DNA from: Neoconidiobolus thromboides FSU 785
Lineage: Eukaryota > Fungi > Entomophthoromycota
Direction: 5' to 3'
Length of the DNA stretch: 64,000 bases
NCBI GenBank assembly: GCA_025603075.1
Contig: MU626330.1
Location: 1 to 64,000 of the forward strand
Positions within the stretch are counted from its first letter, which is position 1. Every line of letters begins with the position of its first letter. The position numbers were made by a program, and so were the translations under genes. The notes under the pieces are model-generated. The model was not told the DNA's origin and did not search any database. It was given only the letters and a program-made list of their open reading frames with translations. Positions 12,221-28,718 of the stretch are shown piece by piece.

Positions 12221-15200
12221 ATGTTTAATAGCTACGGGCATGATATATTATTAACTGAACATTCAGAAGTATCATTTCAAAAATATGATGAATTGATTGA
12301 TAAGCTTCTAGAAGATGAAGAACGACATATTGATAAAAAAGTTGAACTTATAAAGTTGTTTTCATATATTATTAAAAGAAATTGTCTTGTCATTTCTAAA
12401 GAGCCGCAACTCTGGCTTAATGTAATCCCTCTTTCTCTTTATCAATGAGTAATTAAAAACCTTTAAATAGTTCGTTGTTGATTTTTTGTTAAAAAACCAT
12501 CAGCTTATTGAAGGTATTTTACTTCAAAATTCAAAATTCAAAATTAAAACTATCCTCTAGAAATTATAAAGGACCAAAAGTTAAATGGATTCCTTTTTTC
12601 GGCACTTTTGTCTGCGTTTGGACAAACTTTCATAATAGGCGAAAGTGATGAAGGAGAAATAGAGTAATTAAGTTTTTGAGTTAAAAATATTATAACTAAA
12701 CTTCTAGCTATTATAATTTGGTTCCTTTTGAAAAGAAAGATGCCATCTTGCCTAAGTTTATCAAAGTATGTTTTTTTATCTATATCAATATTTATTAAAT
12801 TATTTTTAAGGAGATTTCTATCACATTTAAAAATAATAAAGAGATCGAAGTGTTTTCCTTAAACGTAATAAAAACATTGATAAGTGAATCTCCAAAAAGT
12901 TCACTGCCTTGTTTGCTAATACAATTTATGCAAGTTCAACACGAAAAGATGATAAAGTCGATTAATTTGTATAACACTGTTGAATTTCCTCTTGACTTTG
13001 ATTTTGAAACCGGTGTATTGTATTTGCTTGATAAAGAAGACAAAAATAAGCTAGATGCTCAGTTGGAATATATATTAAAAGCGTTAATTGGTACATATAT
13101 AAATGTATGCAGTAATTCTAAAGAAGATAATTATATGCTTAAAGAAGGTAAAATATTATTTGTTATTTTATCTATAAAAAGTTTGATTGATTTTTAGATT
13201 GGAAACGCTATATACTTCAAACAATAATTAATATCGTTCTAAGGTATAATATTCCAGTTGAAAGTAAAAAACTTTTTATAAGATTTAATATGAAGTTTAC
13301 TTATTTATACTAGTGGTATTGTTATATATTCAGAGTATGGACCTTGAGCAATTAGTAGAAGCAATATCAAAAGATTTTGAATCACAATATTCATTATTTA
13401 CAAATGAGTAATATTATTAAATTTCTCTATTATTAGTTAACATTATTAGTTCCAAAACTGAGCCATTAGTTAGTAACTTTGAAATCATTTTAAAACGTAT
13501 ATTATTGATTGATTCTTCAATTGCAAGAGTTGAAGTATTGGTTGTTTTATATATATCTTTAGATAAAATCTTACAAAATCAAGAATATAATGGAATAACA
13601 CCAATTGTACAATTATCAAAATCAGTTATATTTCACATAGTAAACAATTTATATTTAAAATAAATTTAATATTTATTTAATAGATAAAAGAATTGTTTTC
13701 ATCTCCTTCACGTGTGATAACAATTGATATGAGTCTAGAAAGTTATTTGAGCATAGAAGGATGGGAGCCAGATAGAACAAATATTTATAATAATGAGCAA
13801 GAAACAATTAAAAGATGGATATCCACATTACTTTATTATATAGTAGAAACATTAAATATAAATAAGTCATCAATGAGTAAATTTAGGTTAGATACGTTAA
13901 TTGATTTATTGAGCGAATTACTTGTGAACAACGTTTTTAAAGAGGATTATATTGAGTATCTTTCTTATATTTTAAATAACTTACAATCAAAGCTACCTAT
14001 CGAGTTTCTATTGAATTCGGATAAAGAAAAATTACTCAAAATACCCTCAATATATTTTTCATATACTATTTTTAACAAAATATTACATATGTGTAATTAT
14101 GATGACTCTATGTAAGCTACATATTTATGATATAAATACATATTTATTATTATTTTAATAGAGTAGAAGATGTATTAAACAAGAATGAAACTGGTATAAT
14201 AGGGCTGAAACAGCTAAGTAATATTTTTATACTTAAAGCAACTGGGATAATTTCATATGATAAATTGCCTGAGATCAATCTAAACATTGACTATTCTGTT
14301 AACAATGATTCGATTACTATGTCGTTAATTATAATGTATCATTTTATTAGATACATTGAAATTAACATTAATACTACAACTGTTGTTCCATACTTAACAC
14401 TCTATAATATGACTGGTATATCTCTCCAGCTATTAACTATTGGAATGAAAGTGCGATACCAGCTTAAACAAACTAGTGTATTATATAAAACTCTTATAAA
14501 ATATATTAAAAAAGTGTTATTACATATTCATTATGATTTCAAATGGCATCAATCATTAAGTTTAGTTTATGAATGGGGTATAAAAACCAAGCTTCCTACT
14601 TATGGGATTAAGAGGACAGACACAAAAAGTGGAGTGGAGCAAAGTGATAATAATAAGCGACGTCATTCTTTTTATGAGGAAGCAAAACTTCATGGGTCTA
14701 TTTCCTTTCAAAACCATATTAATTATGCACCTTTTACAAAACAGCTAAGTGAATCAATTGTTAATTTAGATTCACTATATATCATTAACATTGTTAAAGC
14801 ATATATGTAATTATTTTAACTTTTATTTTGCTTAATATTAATTTTGTTTAATAGCTCAAAAGATGAAAATATAGTTAACATAGTCAAATCGAATATTATG
14901 GATTACCTTGATATTATAAATACATTTATTTCTTCAACTGATAATGGTAATTGCTATAATCTTAATACTATTTTCTACTTTTATACTGATTTTTCTCATT
15001 ATAGAGTTAGAAAGAAAAAGGTTATTTTTCCTTATGTGTAAAGATTTTGATCATTTCAGTAGTTCAATCAAAGACGCATTTTACTTGAAAAAAGATGACT
15101 ATAAAAAAAAAATCGAAGCAGATGCCAAAAACGATATGTAATTTTAATAATTTTATATTATAAATAATTAATAATAATTTAGGGATATTTTTGTTTTTGA

Positions 15201-15695
15201 TATCTTTAAAGATAACCCCATATTAATTGAGTTTATTCAGATTCTAAGTTATGGTAAATAGCACTAACAATATGCGTTATCATTTTTTAATATTTTGTTT
15301 CAGATTTTACTTTATTCCATCAGTCTTCTGGTTTTTGGAAAAGACTACTACTTTTAATGATGCAATTCTGGAACATTAAAAGAGAGGGTCCTTCTTCTTC
15401 ATTTCCATCTGAATTGTATTTAACTTGTTCCCTTATTAAATGCTTGAATATTGTTAAAGCGCTGCCAAGTCCATTCAATTACGTTGTTGAATTGTTACCA
15501 CTTATAAATTACAATGAAGTTGGTGCTATTTTATATAAAAGTATTTGGCCAATGTTCCTTGTTTTTGAATTTAAAGAGACTAGGCCTGAGTTTTTACCTA
15601 ATCAAGAGGAAGTTATGAAGCCTATTTTGGATGCGTTAAGAGCCCACCCCTTAAAAGTCAAAAAAATTATCAATTTGTTTCAAAAGAGTTTATAA
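12221..15695 (+). CDS. INTS5: Probable Integrator complex subunit 5 homolog (~900 aa, many short introns)
   Basis: ORF pieces in the 5' part join in frame across ~50-nt GT-AG introns (checked by eye). Last exon WNIKREGPSSSFPSELYLTCSLIKCLNIVKALPSPFNYVVELLPLINYNEVGAILYKSIW has the W..R..P..L..C.L..LP..E..EV..L.S(V/I)W spacing of the animal INTS5 C-terminus as recalled. Confidence 0.68.
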
Positions 15696-15894
15696 TAAAT
15701 ATTAAGTAAATTTATTTTTTTATTAAATTATGAAAAATTATTATCAAAATCAATTAAAACGCTATTAATAAAAGTTTAGAGTAAATACCACTAGTTTATC
15801 ATACAGTACTAGTAATAAATTGAATTGTAACATGTGCTACTACATAATTGAAGTGTAATTATATTAATTAAAATTAAAACTGAAGCATTCTAAC

Positions 15895-17178
15895 CTAAGG
15901 TGACACTGGCTTAGAGGAAGTTGCATTATCTTCCTTTACATCATGAATTATCGTCAAGTTCTTTTTAGAATCAAGCTCATGTAATCCAATCCCTTGCAAA
16001 GCTAGTTCTTCTTCAAGTCTTATACTTGATATATTATTAGATTCATTCAAGTGTTCATCTAATTCTGGCGTTTCCTCTTCCCCTGTTTCGTTTTGACTCC
16101 AACTAGGTTTACGCATCATTTCTCTGAATGTTTCACTAAGCATAATGGCGTCATTAGCAGTGAGATTGGTCTGATTTAATGAAATTGGTGACACGGAATC
16201 TGTTGTTAAGGCACTCGACCTAGAGCCGGTCATCCCAAATCCTGCAGAAGAGGTACTACCAAGCCTTCTAGCACCAACCCCTCCATTCTTGCCCCCATTA
16301 ATAATATAACTTTTTTCTGTATTTTCTGGAATCATTTTGGCTTTTTTACTTTTTCTTCTCCAAATAACAATCAATGGTATTAGCAACAATATTAAACCAG
16401 CTAATGCTAATAAGACAATCCCATAAATTGGAAGTGCAAGTTCATTTGATGGTTGTTTTTCATCAATATTTCCTTGATCATTTGTTGGGGTAGCAAAAAA
16501 AGTACCATTATTTACTTCAGTACTACTAGGTGTAGATGTGCTTTTTGTTTTTGAAGTCATTGTTGTCTCCGTGGAAGTTGATGAAGGTATGGGTGGATTA
16601 GGATCAATTATATTAAAATTAGGGCCTTTTGAAGAAACATCATTAGAACTCGAGCTACTAGATTTGATAACAAACCATGCTGACTTTCGAATTGGACCCT
16701 TAGTATTTTTTCCATCAAGATTGCTATCAAATTGATAAAATTGGGCTTTTGTAATTTTTACTGAAAAAGTTCCATCTTTATTTTGAAGATCCTTTCGGGT
16801 AAATATGGGATCTCTGGAATTATCTGAAATATAAAGGGAGATATCTATAAGGCCATTTGTTTGAATCGACGGGTAATCTTTATTCCACTTAAGTAAATGA
16901 ATGTCATTAACTGCCCATGAGTCATTCTCCTGAGGAGAACAGTAAAGATCAAACCCTCCACAGGAACGAGAAGCTTCTAATAAATATATTAGTACTCATA
17001 TTACATCATACAATATCAACTGCTATATACCTTTATCAACTGGCGTCAAATTTAAGTCTTGTGTATCATTACTCACGCCCAAAATATTACCTTGAAAGAG
17101 ACTTAAAGCTATCAATGTAGCTGATATTATCCGTAGATTAATTGAGTATAATAAATTCGAACCTTTAAATTTAAGCAT
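15895..17178 (-). CDS. Type I single-pass membrane protein (signal peptide, small Cys-containing ectodomain, Ser/Thr stalk, TM helix, cytosolic tail); one intron
   Basis: ATG at 17178 gives MLKFKGSNLL...IIsATLIALSLFQG; after the intron EASRSCGGFDLYCSPQENDSW...KWNKDYP runs in frame into ORF 15895-16560; TM IYGIVLLALAGLILLLIPLIVIW followed by RRKSKK. Confidence 0.8.
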
Positions 17179-18816
17179 TATTAGCAATGTATTGAACTAT
17201 TGAAATTAGATGGGAATCAAAATAACTCTAAAATGTGTAGCTAATTTTTGTATTGATTAGATAAGAGATTGAGTTGATTGTTACTGCTATTGATGTTTTA
17301 TAAAGCTTGTTGAATAAAATGTACCCTAAGTATAGGGATTGTTTTGTACTGGGAACTTTTGATAATTAACTTATAAACAGCCTAGTTTCTAAAATAAAGA
17401 TTAATAAGCGAATACAAAGAATTAATGCAACATACTATTGAAATATTGTGATAATAAAATGATTATTGATTAGACTAATATGGATGGCTTCGGTTAGAAA
17501 TACTGTTTAACAACTAATTAATATTAATCAACAGAAGGAAACCATTCTAATGTGATTTATGATAAAAATGGAAATACTCTTAATGTAAGTTTTATGATGC
17601 ATTTGATTTGCTGTAAGGAAAAAATAAACATATTTGATTGGTTTTTGCTCTTAATTGATCCAATTAATATCGATTCATATATCCCCAAGGTTTATCAGCA
17701 TGATTGACTTTTAAATCCAATTTAGGAACAAGGCAACCAATAAATTTTGAATAACCTAGGAGTTCTAAGTACTAAATCAGCCAATAAAGGTGAGTCAAAA
17801 CTAAAATCCTGAATATCTTAGCATAATTAACAATTAAAAGGTGCTACAATTGGAGTTTTACTTCTACAGTTCCGTTGCGATTCAACTTGCAGTGGTTTTT
17901 AGACTCATTTATTTGTCTGCTTGGTTTTTAAAGCTTCAAATTTAGATTTGACATGATTCTTAAAAATTTTATTCTCAAATGAACTATTAATTAGGTCATA
18001 ATAGAGTTGCAGAAGTTGCAAGTGAGAAATGAATCTATAAAAATAAAATTATGTTCTATTTCTTATATTAGAAATTATAAGTTAATCTATTTTTGATAAT
18101 TATGAATCATACAAAAAACCATACTCTACACGTAAATTAATAATAGAAACAATTACAATTAATACAAATATATGATTATTAAATAGATATTACAATAGTA
18201 TTAATGATATTAATAAGAAATAAAAACAATGTATGTAATAAGAGCAATATTTAATTCTATATTGTTTTGTTAAACAGTAATACAATAATAAATGACAGAA
18301 CTAAAAATAGATTTTACTATTGAATAACATAATTTATTAAGCTATAAAGTTATTTTTAGTAACTAGTCACTAAAGCAATATTTATTATTGTTATGCTATA
18401 TACTTATTTACAACTAAACAATATAAATCTTGTATTATTTAATATCAAACTTGATGTTATAACGAATTAAATATTATAGTATGTAAATATAGCACTAATG
18501 TATTTTATATGTAACCATTGAAGCTAATGAATGATTTAAGATTGTAAATGTTTATTATTTCATACTTTTTCTAGTCTAAATTTTGCTCTGCACATTGCAT
18601 TGACATAGCATTTATAAGTTGGGCTTTACATATAAAAAATCCTTAAACTTATTATCCTTAAACTAGATTTTTATGCTTTAAAATGTTTAATAAAATTGAG
18701 GGATAACGACTCAAGTGCTTTAGAAATGATAGCTAGTCAAAATATTAAAAATAATTTTTTCTCAGTTTATTAAAATAATAATTCATTATACAGAATCTTG
18801 CTATCATTTTATAACA

Positions 18817-18908
18817 TATGGGACTGTTTAGTTTCATTATTTTTCCATTTTTTAAGCACTATTTGAGTGGAAAGATTGTAATAAAATTCTTAAAAAAACA
18901 TCTCCATA
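18817..18908 (-). mobile_element. MITE-like element copy (shares TA with next copy)
   Basis: TA-TGGGAC...AAGCACTATTTGAGTGG...ACATCTCCA-TA. Confidence 0.85.
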
Positions 18909-19011
18909 TGGGAGTGTTTTTTTTGGCTTCATTATTTTTTCCATTTTTTAAGCGCTATTTAAGCGGAAAATTTGTTGATAAAATTCTTAAACGCAAAAAT
19001 ACATCCCCATA
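18907..19011 (-). mobile_element. MITE-like element copy
   Basis: TA-TGGGAGTG...AAGCGCTATTTAAGCGG...ACATCCCCA-TA. Confidence 0.88.
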
Positions 19012-19244
19012 TATCAGAATTTATAAAATCTATTTAATCGTTCCTTATTGTATTTAAATATATATTTTCTAAGAAAACTATTACACTTAAAATTTTATTT
19101 CATTTAAATCTATCAATATCAAATGTTTTACTAAACAATAGCTCAAATTATTATAAGCTTACTTTCTAAACAATGTAATTTTTTTAACTTTTTGTTTCAG
19201 ATCATTCTAAAAATCATAATTAAACAAAAAAATATACTCCCAAA

Positions 19245-19328
19245 TTTCAAGAATTTTACTAACAACCTTTCCACTCAAATAGTGCTTAAAGAATGGAAAA
19301 ATAATGAAATAAAAAAAACACTCCATTT
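19245..19328 (+). mobile_element. MITE-like element copy (5' truncated)
   Basis: AAGAATTTTACTAACAACCTTTCCACTCAAATAGTGCTTAAAGAATGG. Confidence 0.8.
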
Positions 19329-19452
19329 TTTTATGAATATTGAGCTATTCTTTATATCATAATAAATTAAAAAACAAAAGCTTCAAATTACATATTTTAT
19401 TAAAATAAACCATTTTTTCGAATATTATTATTTAATAAAATGTTTTATAGAT

Positions 19453-22908
<3,456 letters not shown>

Positions 22909-23456
22909 TGTATTAAAGCTTCTAATAGTATAAAAATGATGTGATTTATAGTTATAAGATTTATTACGTTTTGATCTTTTTTATTATACACTTTAAGCCA
23001 ATAAAAACTAAAGTTTAGGATTAGTGGATATTAAGAGCATGTTAATAAGGAACACATAAATTTGAGGGGTTTTTTATTGCTTTTTATCTTGTAATTTATT
23101 GCAAAATTTGACTAATATAGAAACAAGCGAATACTATGAGTTCATCAAGTAGTTATATTTTTCCGTTTCAATCTAATTGGATTCTTTTGTCAAAATAAAG
23201 ACAGCAATCACAATAATTTAGATATTATTTATTACTAATAAAGTATTTAAAAATAACTTTTATAATATTGAGTTGAGGTTATACTTTGAGTTAAGTATTT
23301 CACATATGATACAAAATTATTTATAATAAAAATATAAATCAAACATCCTATCATTTATTATTCTTATTTAATTCAAAAAGTATATTTTAGTACCTATTAT
23401 TAAAGCTCTAGACTCATATATATGATGTTTATTAATTTCGTTAGACTCAAATATTT

Positions 23457-24815
23457 TTATTTAAGTTGGAATATAGGCTGGTCTAATAAATTTAAACTAC
23501 CAGATTCTAAAGCTATTACGATTTTGTAGTCTTGTTCAGATACAGCTTTACGAATAACGCCCCAAACTTGATCTTTTAAACTTGTGTCCTAATAATGTTA
23601 TATTAACTTTGTTTACTGCCAAAGGATTGTATTACTTACCTCATCCAAGTTTGATCTAATAGATCCAATACATGTTATATTATCTAAACACCAAAACTTA
23701 ACAGTTGTATCAGAAGACCTTAAAATTAAATATATCGTAAAAATCATCAATATTTCTATTTACCCCGAAATAAGTAAGTTTCCTGCAACATCATCTTTTT
23801 GTATCAATAAAGAATTAATCCATGATTCATGCCCTGTTAATACTCCCAATATATTTTGATGGTGTCTAAAGCAAGGATTAATTTAAATTAATTTAAGATG
23901 TTATCAAACATACGGATTATAAACTGTTATCTTTCCTTCATCTGTGCCTACTGCTAAGCATTGACCATCCTCAGAAAACGATACTGCTCTAATTGAAGAT
24001 TGGCTAACTTATGTATTAAATTAGTAATGATTTAGTACAAAAACAATATTTACCATTAAATTTTCTATATAAAGATTGAGTCTGTATACTCATCAAGTAT
24101 AAGTTCCCTTGATTACTCCCACAACCAATATAATTTCCACAAGGAGACTAATAGGATAAACAATTTATTATATACAATATTCAAAAAGCTAAATTACATA
24201 GGTTATTGATAATAAAAAATCATCAGTAGGTGCTTTTAAATCGAATAACGGTTTTCCATCTTGGATAGAATAAATACTTATTTTTCCTTTTTGGCCACAA
24301 ATAGCTACTTGTGTTGAATCAGGAGAAATTTTACATTTATACGTCGTTACTTTAATAAATATTAATTTTTTGAAAATAAATATCCAAAAAACATTACACT
24401 CTTTAAATTCAATCTTATGGACAATTGATTCAACCTGCATATCATAAATGACCAGTTTATTATCCAAACCAATCGAACAAACATCTAAAAATAATTATTA
24501 AAAGCTAAAATGTTGCTTTAAACTTACATTTATCATTATTAGTAATATCCACTGAAGTTACCCCCCACAAATGTTCTGAGTGTAAAGTTCTTTCTACTTT
24601 AAGATCTTCTTCTATTTTCCTTATTTATCTTAAAGATGGTTATTATATGAAAAATCTTAATTACCATAATTTTACAGTTTTATCTATTGAACCAGTTATT
24701 ATGTTATTTGAAGTTGAAGCAAGGGACCAAATTGCCCCAAGGTGACTATTATTATCTATTTCATATTAAAAGGTTAATTCGAGTAGACAATTTAATTTTT
24801 ACCTTCTTTTTCCAT
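23457..24815 (-). CDS. SKI8: WD40 protein WDR61/Ski8-like, multi-exon
   Basis: N-term HLGAIWSL...TGSIDKTVKLW; ISPDSTQVAICGQKGKISIYS; LTGHESWI...SGSSDCTVKFW; C-term DQVWGV. Start codon tentative. Confidence 0.75.
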
Positions 24816-25152
24816 ACTACAATTTTTTTGAATATATCAAGTTATTGTTTCAAAGTTTTTTTACTATGAAAAAGAATAAACCAAAATTAAAGTTGATTTA
24901 TTTATTTCAACAAATTACGAAATATTATTCACTAGTAACAAATAAAAATAATAATTAATAAAATTTAGTTTTAGAATATGCTACTTCTCGATAAAATTAT
25001 AATAAACGTATCCTTTTTTTTCTATTAGTCTTAACTATGATCACAAACAATTTGCATTTCTAAATTATGATATTTTATTTTAGATCATGAATATCAAATA
25101 TGAATAATGTGGATAATATATATGTAATTAATTATTGAGTAATACACAACAG

Positions 25153-25935
25153 CTATAAAAAACAGCAAGTATTTCTTTTAGAGTTATCGTCTGATCCTTG
25201 GGCTTCTTTTAGTTTGATTTGAGCTGGAGTTAATTGCACCATTGTTTGGGAATACATAGAAGAGGCTTTATCCTCTCTATCATTTTTATACTTTGCGCTT
25301 TCTAAAAACTGGATTTTAGAATGCTCTTCGTATAATTTGTTATTAAGAGGATTAGGTATTAAATCGATTATTGCTTGGAATGCAGTTTCAACATTTGTTC
25401 CAAGTTTGGCAGAAGTTTCTACCCAAGGATATTTCATTGCTTCTGTTGAATATTTATCAAGCCACGCATTTATTTGACGTTTAGAAATAACTCTATCATC
25501 AAGATCAACCTTATTTCCAATAACCGCAAATGGAAAATTGTCTGGATCATGACAACCGCAATATTTTAAAAACTCCAACCTCCATTTTGTTAAGTTTTCA
25601 AAAGTTAAATAATTGTTTACATCATACACCATGATACAAGCATCTGCTCCTCTATAAAATGCTACACCTAAAGATTGAAACCTTTCTTGGCCAGCAGTAT
25701 CCCATATTTGTAATATCACTTTGCGACCATCTTTTTGGAGTTCTTTGGTCACAAAGTCAGCTCCAATAGTAGTTTTATAGTTATTTGTAAATCTCCGGTG
25801 AAGAAATTGATTCCTTAAACTAGTCTTTTAAGATTAGTTAGTTGTAATAAAATCATCAAGTTATGCTTTTACTTTACCAACCCCTCCGTCTCCTATTAAT
25901 ACTATTTTATAAATATCCTTGGAATCTTTTAACAT
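25153..25935 (-). CDS. Rab7/Ypt7-like small GTPase (divergent), one intron near 5' end
   Basis: GDGGVGKTS, YKTTIGADF, WDTAGQERFQSLGVAFYRGAD, GNKVD, ETSAK, C-terminal CCFL. Confidence 0.9.
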
Positions 25936-26642
25936 GAAAATGAATAATTTATTTTTTATGCCTTAATTTAACAAATTTTAACAGCCACTGTTTAAACAGT
26001 TTAAATTGACTAAATGTAAATATTATATTGAAGATAATTGTAATAAAAATTTAATTATATGATTATATAGAAATAGAGTCCTTGGATTATATAAAATAAT
26101 CTAGATAGTTAATATCGAAAATACTAATTGTGAAATAATCTCTTTATCTTTCCCTCATAGTACTAACTATTATAAAAATGTTCTATTTTTATCTTTTTAT
26201 ATTCTAATGTATATAAAGACTTTATTATCGTAGTGGTTTTTTATATGAAGTAATAAAAACTCCCAACATAATATTGGTACGAAGTGCTATTTTTACTTAA
26301 AATTACCAATAAATTTTATTATACTTCTATCATTTTTGAAATATGGAAAATATATTTTAGCACTGGTTAATATTTTTATGAATCAAATTAATTAATCTAA
26401 AAACAATGAATATTATAAGATTTTTATATATATAAAGTTATAAGATGTTAAAATAGCAAATTGAAGGTAATCAAATTTATAGCAAACACAAATTAGATAG
26501 AGGAGAGTATATAAGCTTTAGTATACATAGATGTATTTTTTTATTAGAATTTTAAACAATTTTGTATAAGTTTAATTTAGTTATCATAGTGACTTCAAAC
26601 ACCTTATAAAATAATATTGACAATGGTTTATTCAGTTTGAAA

Positions 26643-26740
26643 TTTGGGGGTGTATTTTTGTATTCAAGTTTTTTACTAACAATTTTTCACTCGAATAGCG
26701 CTTAAAAATGGAAAAAGTAATGAAACCAAAAAACTCCATT
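26643..26740 (+). mobile_element. MITE-like element copy
   Basis: TGGGGGTGTATTTTTG...TTTACTAACAA...AATAGCGCTTAAAAATGG. Confidence 0.82.
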
Positions 26741-26778
26741 TTGTAAACACAACCTAAAAACAATTGTTTAATTCAATA

Positions 26779-26880
26779 AATGGAGATGTGTTTTTTGTTT
26801 AGGAATTTTACTAATAGTCTCTTCGACTAAATAGTGCTTGAAAAAATGGAAAAGTGATGAAATAAAAAACATTCCCAAAT
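26779..26880 (+). mobile_element. MITE-like element copy
   Basis: TGGAGATGTG...TTTACTAATAG...AATAGTGCTTGAAAAAATGG...CATTCCCA. Confidence 0.8.
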
Positions 26881-27174
26881 ACTATGCTTGTATACTTAAA
26901 TAGATACAATAGCAGTTTGAAGATTAAATATTTAAGTAGAATACGTTTAAAGAGTATTTTTACATTGTGATTGACTAAGCTATAAATAATCGAAAGAAAT
27001 AGAAAAGTTAAAATATGTTTTTATGACTATAAGCCTATTTGATATTATTTAATGTATATAAATGATATAATAATAATTATTAGTTTGGTATTTAAAATTT
27101 AGCACATAACAACAATTAATCATAAAGTTTGAAAATTTAATTTGATTGGTTGGATTATATAAATGATGATGTAA

Positions 27175-28521
27175 ATGAATAAATTAACATTTTTTATTCT
27201 ACTTTATTTAATGGAGTTCAAAAAAATATATCTGTGGGCTATATTGTTACTTATAGCTATTTTAGGCGTGGATGCTCACGGTCATCACCATCACCACCAT
27301 CATCATGGTAGTGATACGCCTAAGGATCATGCCCATGCGAATTTTCATAAAGGAGAGATTCCCAAAGATCATTTTCACGCTGGTATACATAAGGATCATG
27401 CTCATGGTCACAGTCATACCCATCATCACGACTCTAAGTTTGAAAGTAAAGTTAACTATATCCTTGACTTATTGTTCCCTAGTCAAAGCCCAATGTTCAA
27501 CTCTTTCTTATCTACATTTTATATCTCGTTTTTTCCAAATATATTATTGCTATTTGTTCCAAGTCAAATTAGAGCCTCAAGCCTTAATGTGTTAGTAAGT
27601 TTTGCTGTAGGCGGATTATTAGGTGATGTTTTTTTACATCTTCTTCCCCATACTTTCATGGATGCTTTTAGTGCTGGTCTCAATCCAGAAGAACTAACTA
27701 TAAGAAATATATGCATTGGGTTGGCAATATTTGCTGGGGCTCTTAGTTTCTATTTTTTGGATAAGCTCTTAAGAATTGTATCTGGAAATAAGGGTCATAG
27801 TCATAGTCATGGACATAGTCATAATCACACTCATTCGCATAAAGGTGAGAAAGATTCAGCTACAAGTACAGGATTAGATTCCAAAGAAGAATCAGGCTCC
27901 TCGTTAAGGAAAAGAAAGGAAGAAAAAAACAATAAAGATGATTCAGATAAGCAAGATAACAAGGAAATCAAACAAGTGAAATTATCGGCTTATCTTAACC
28001 TTATCGCAGATTTTTCACATAATTTTACTGATGGTCTTGCTATTGCTGCTTCTTTTTATTTTTCTCGTTCTATTGGTATTTCTACAACCATTGCTGTTTT
28101 CTTTCATGAGATTCCTCACGAAGTTGGTGATTTCGCTATTTTGTTACAATCTGGCTTTTCTCGTTTAGAAGCTCTCTATTCTCAATTTATAACCGCAATA
28201 GGAGCCATGTTAGGCACAGCAGCTGGAGTTGCAATCCAAGAACTATTAAACAATCAAGAGCAAGTGGATAATAATGAAATTTCAAAACTATTTGGATACT
28301 TACCTATTTCTGCAAGTGATCTTGTATTACCAATTACTGCAGGCGGCTTTTTATATATTGCAACAGTCTCTGTTATACCTGATTTACTTGAAACACCCAA
28401 TGATTTAGAGAATGAAAAGAAAGAAACAAGTAAACTCGCTTTAGGAGTTCAACTTTTTAAAGAAGTGCTAGCTATGTTATTAGGGGTCGCATTGATGGCT
28501 TTAGTATCATTATACGAATAA
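27175..28521 (+). CDS. YKE4: ZIP7/LIV-1-type zinc transporter, intronless (start may be Met at 27211)
   Basis: His-rich N-terminus and loop; SFAVGGLLGDVFLHLLPH; HNFTDGLAI; HEIPHEVGDFAIL. Confidence 0.95.
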   Translation: MNKLTFFILLYLMEFKKIYLWAILLLIAILGVDAHGHHHHHHHHGSDTPKDHAHANFHKGEIPKDHFHAGIHKDHAHGHSHTHHHDSKFESKVNYILDLLFPSQSPMFNSFLSTFYISFFPNILLLFVPSQIRASSLNVLVSFAVGGLLGDVFLHLLPHTFMDAFSAGLNPEELTIRNICIGLAIFAGALSFYFLDKLLRIVSGNKGHSHSHGHSHNHTHSHKGEKDSATSTGLDSKEESGSSLRKRKEEKNNKDDSDKQDNKEIKQVKLSAYLNLIADFSHNFTDGLAIAASFYFSRSIGISTTIAVFFHEIPHEVGDFAILLQSGFSRLEALYSQFITAIGAMLGTAAGVAIQELLNNQEQVDNNEISKLFGYLPISASDLVLPITAGGFLYIATVSVIPDLLETPNDLENEKKETSKLALGVQLFKEVLAMLLGVALMALVSLYE

Positions 28522-28718
28522 TAAATTTATTTTCTAGAACAATTTTAACTTATTGTATATATTATTTAAGGATAGTTCCAATTATAAGTTATATTTGGTA
28601 TGATTAGAAAAATGTTATATAATTGATTGAAAAAACTATGGTATAATACAATATATTTTAATGAGAAGGCATACTTTTTAATGTTATTAATAACATAATA
28701 ACATAATTAATAACATAA

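Noticed and set aside
16538-17120. Plus-strand ORFs 16538-16735 and 16917-17120
   Set aside because: Antisense to the membrane-protein gene.
17480-17900. Possible micro-exon gene (MDGF/EGNHSNVIYDKNGNTLN...) with GT-AG-like introns
   Set aside because: No downstream splice choice gave a convincing open frame; needs RNA-seq.
27272-27595. 107-aa ORF overlapping the ZIP transporter
   Set aside because: Alternative-frame shadow of His codon repeats.
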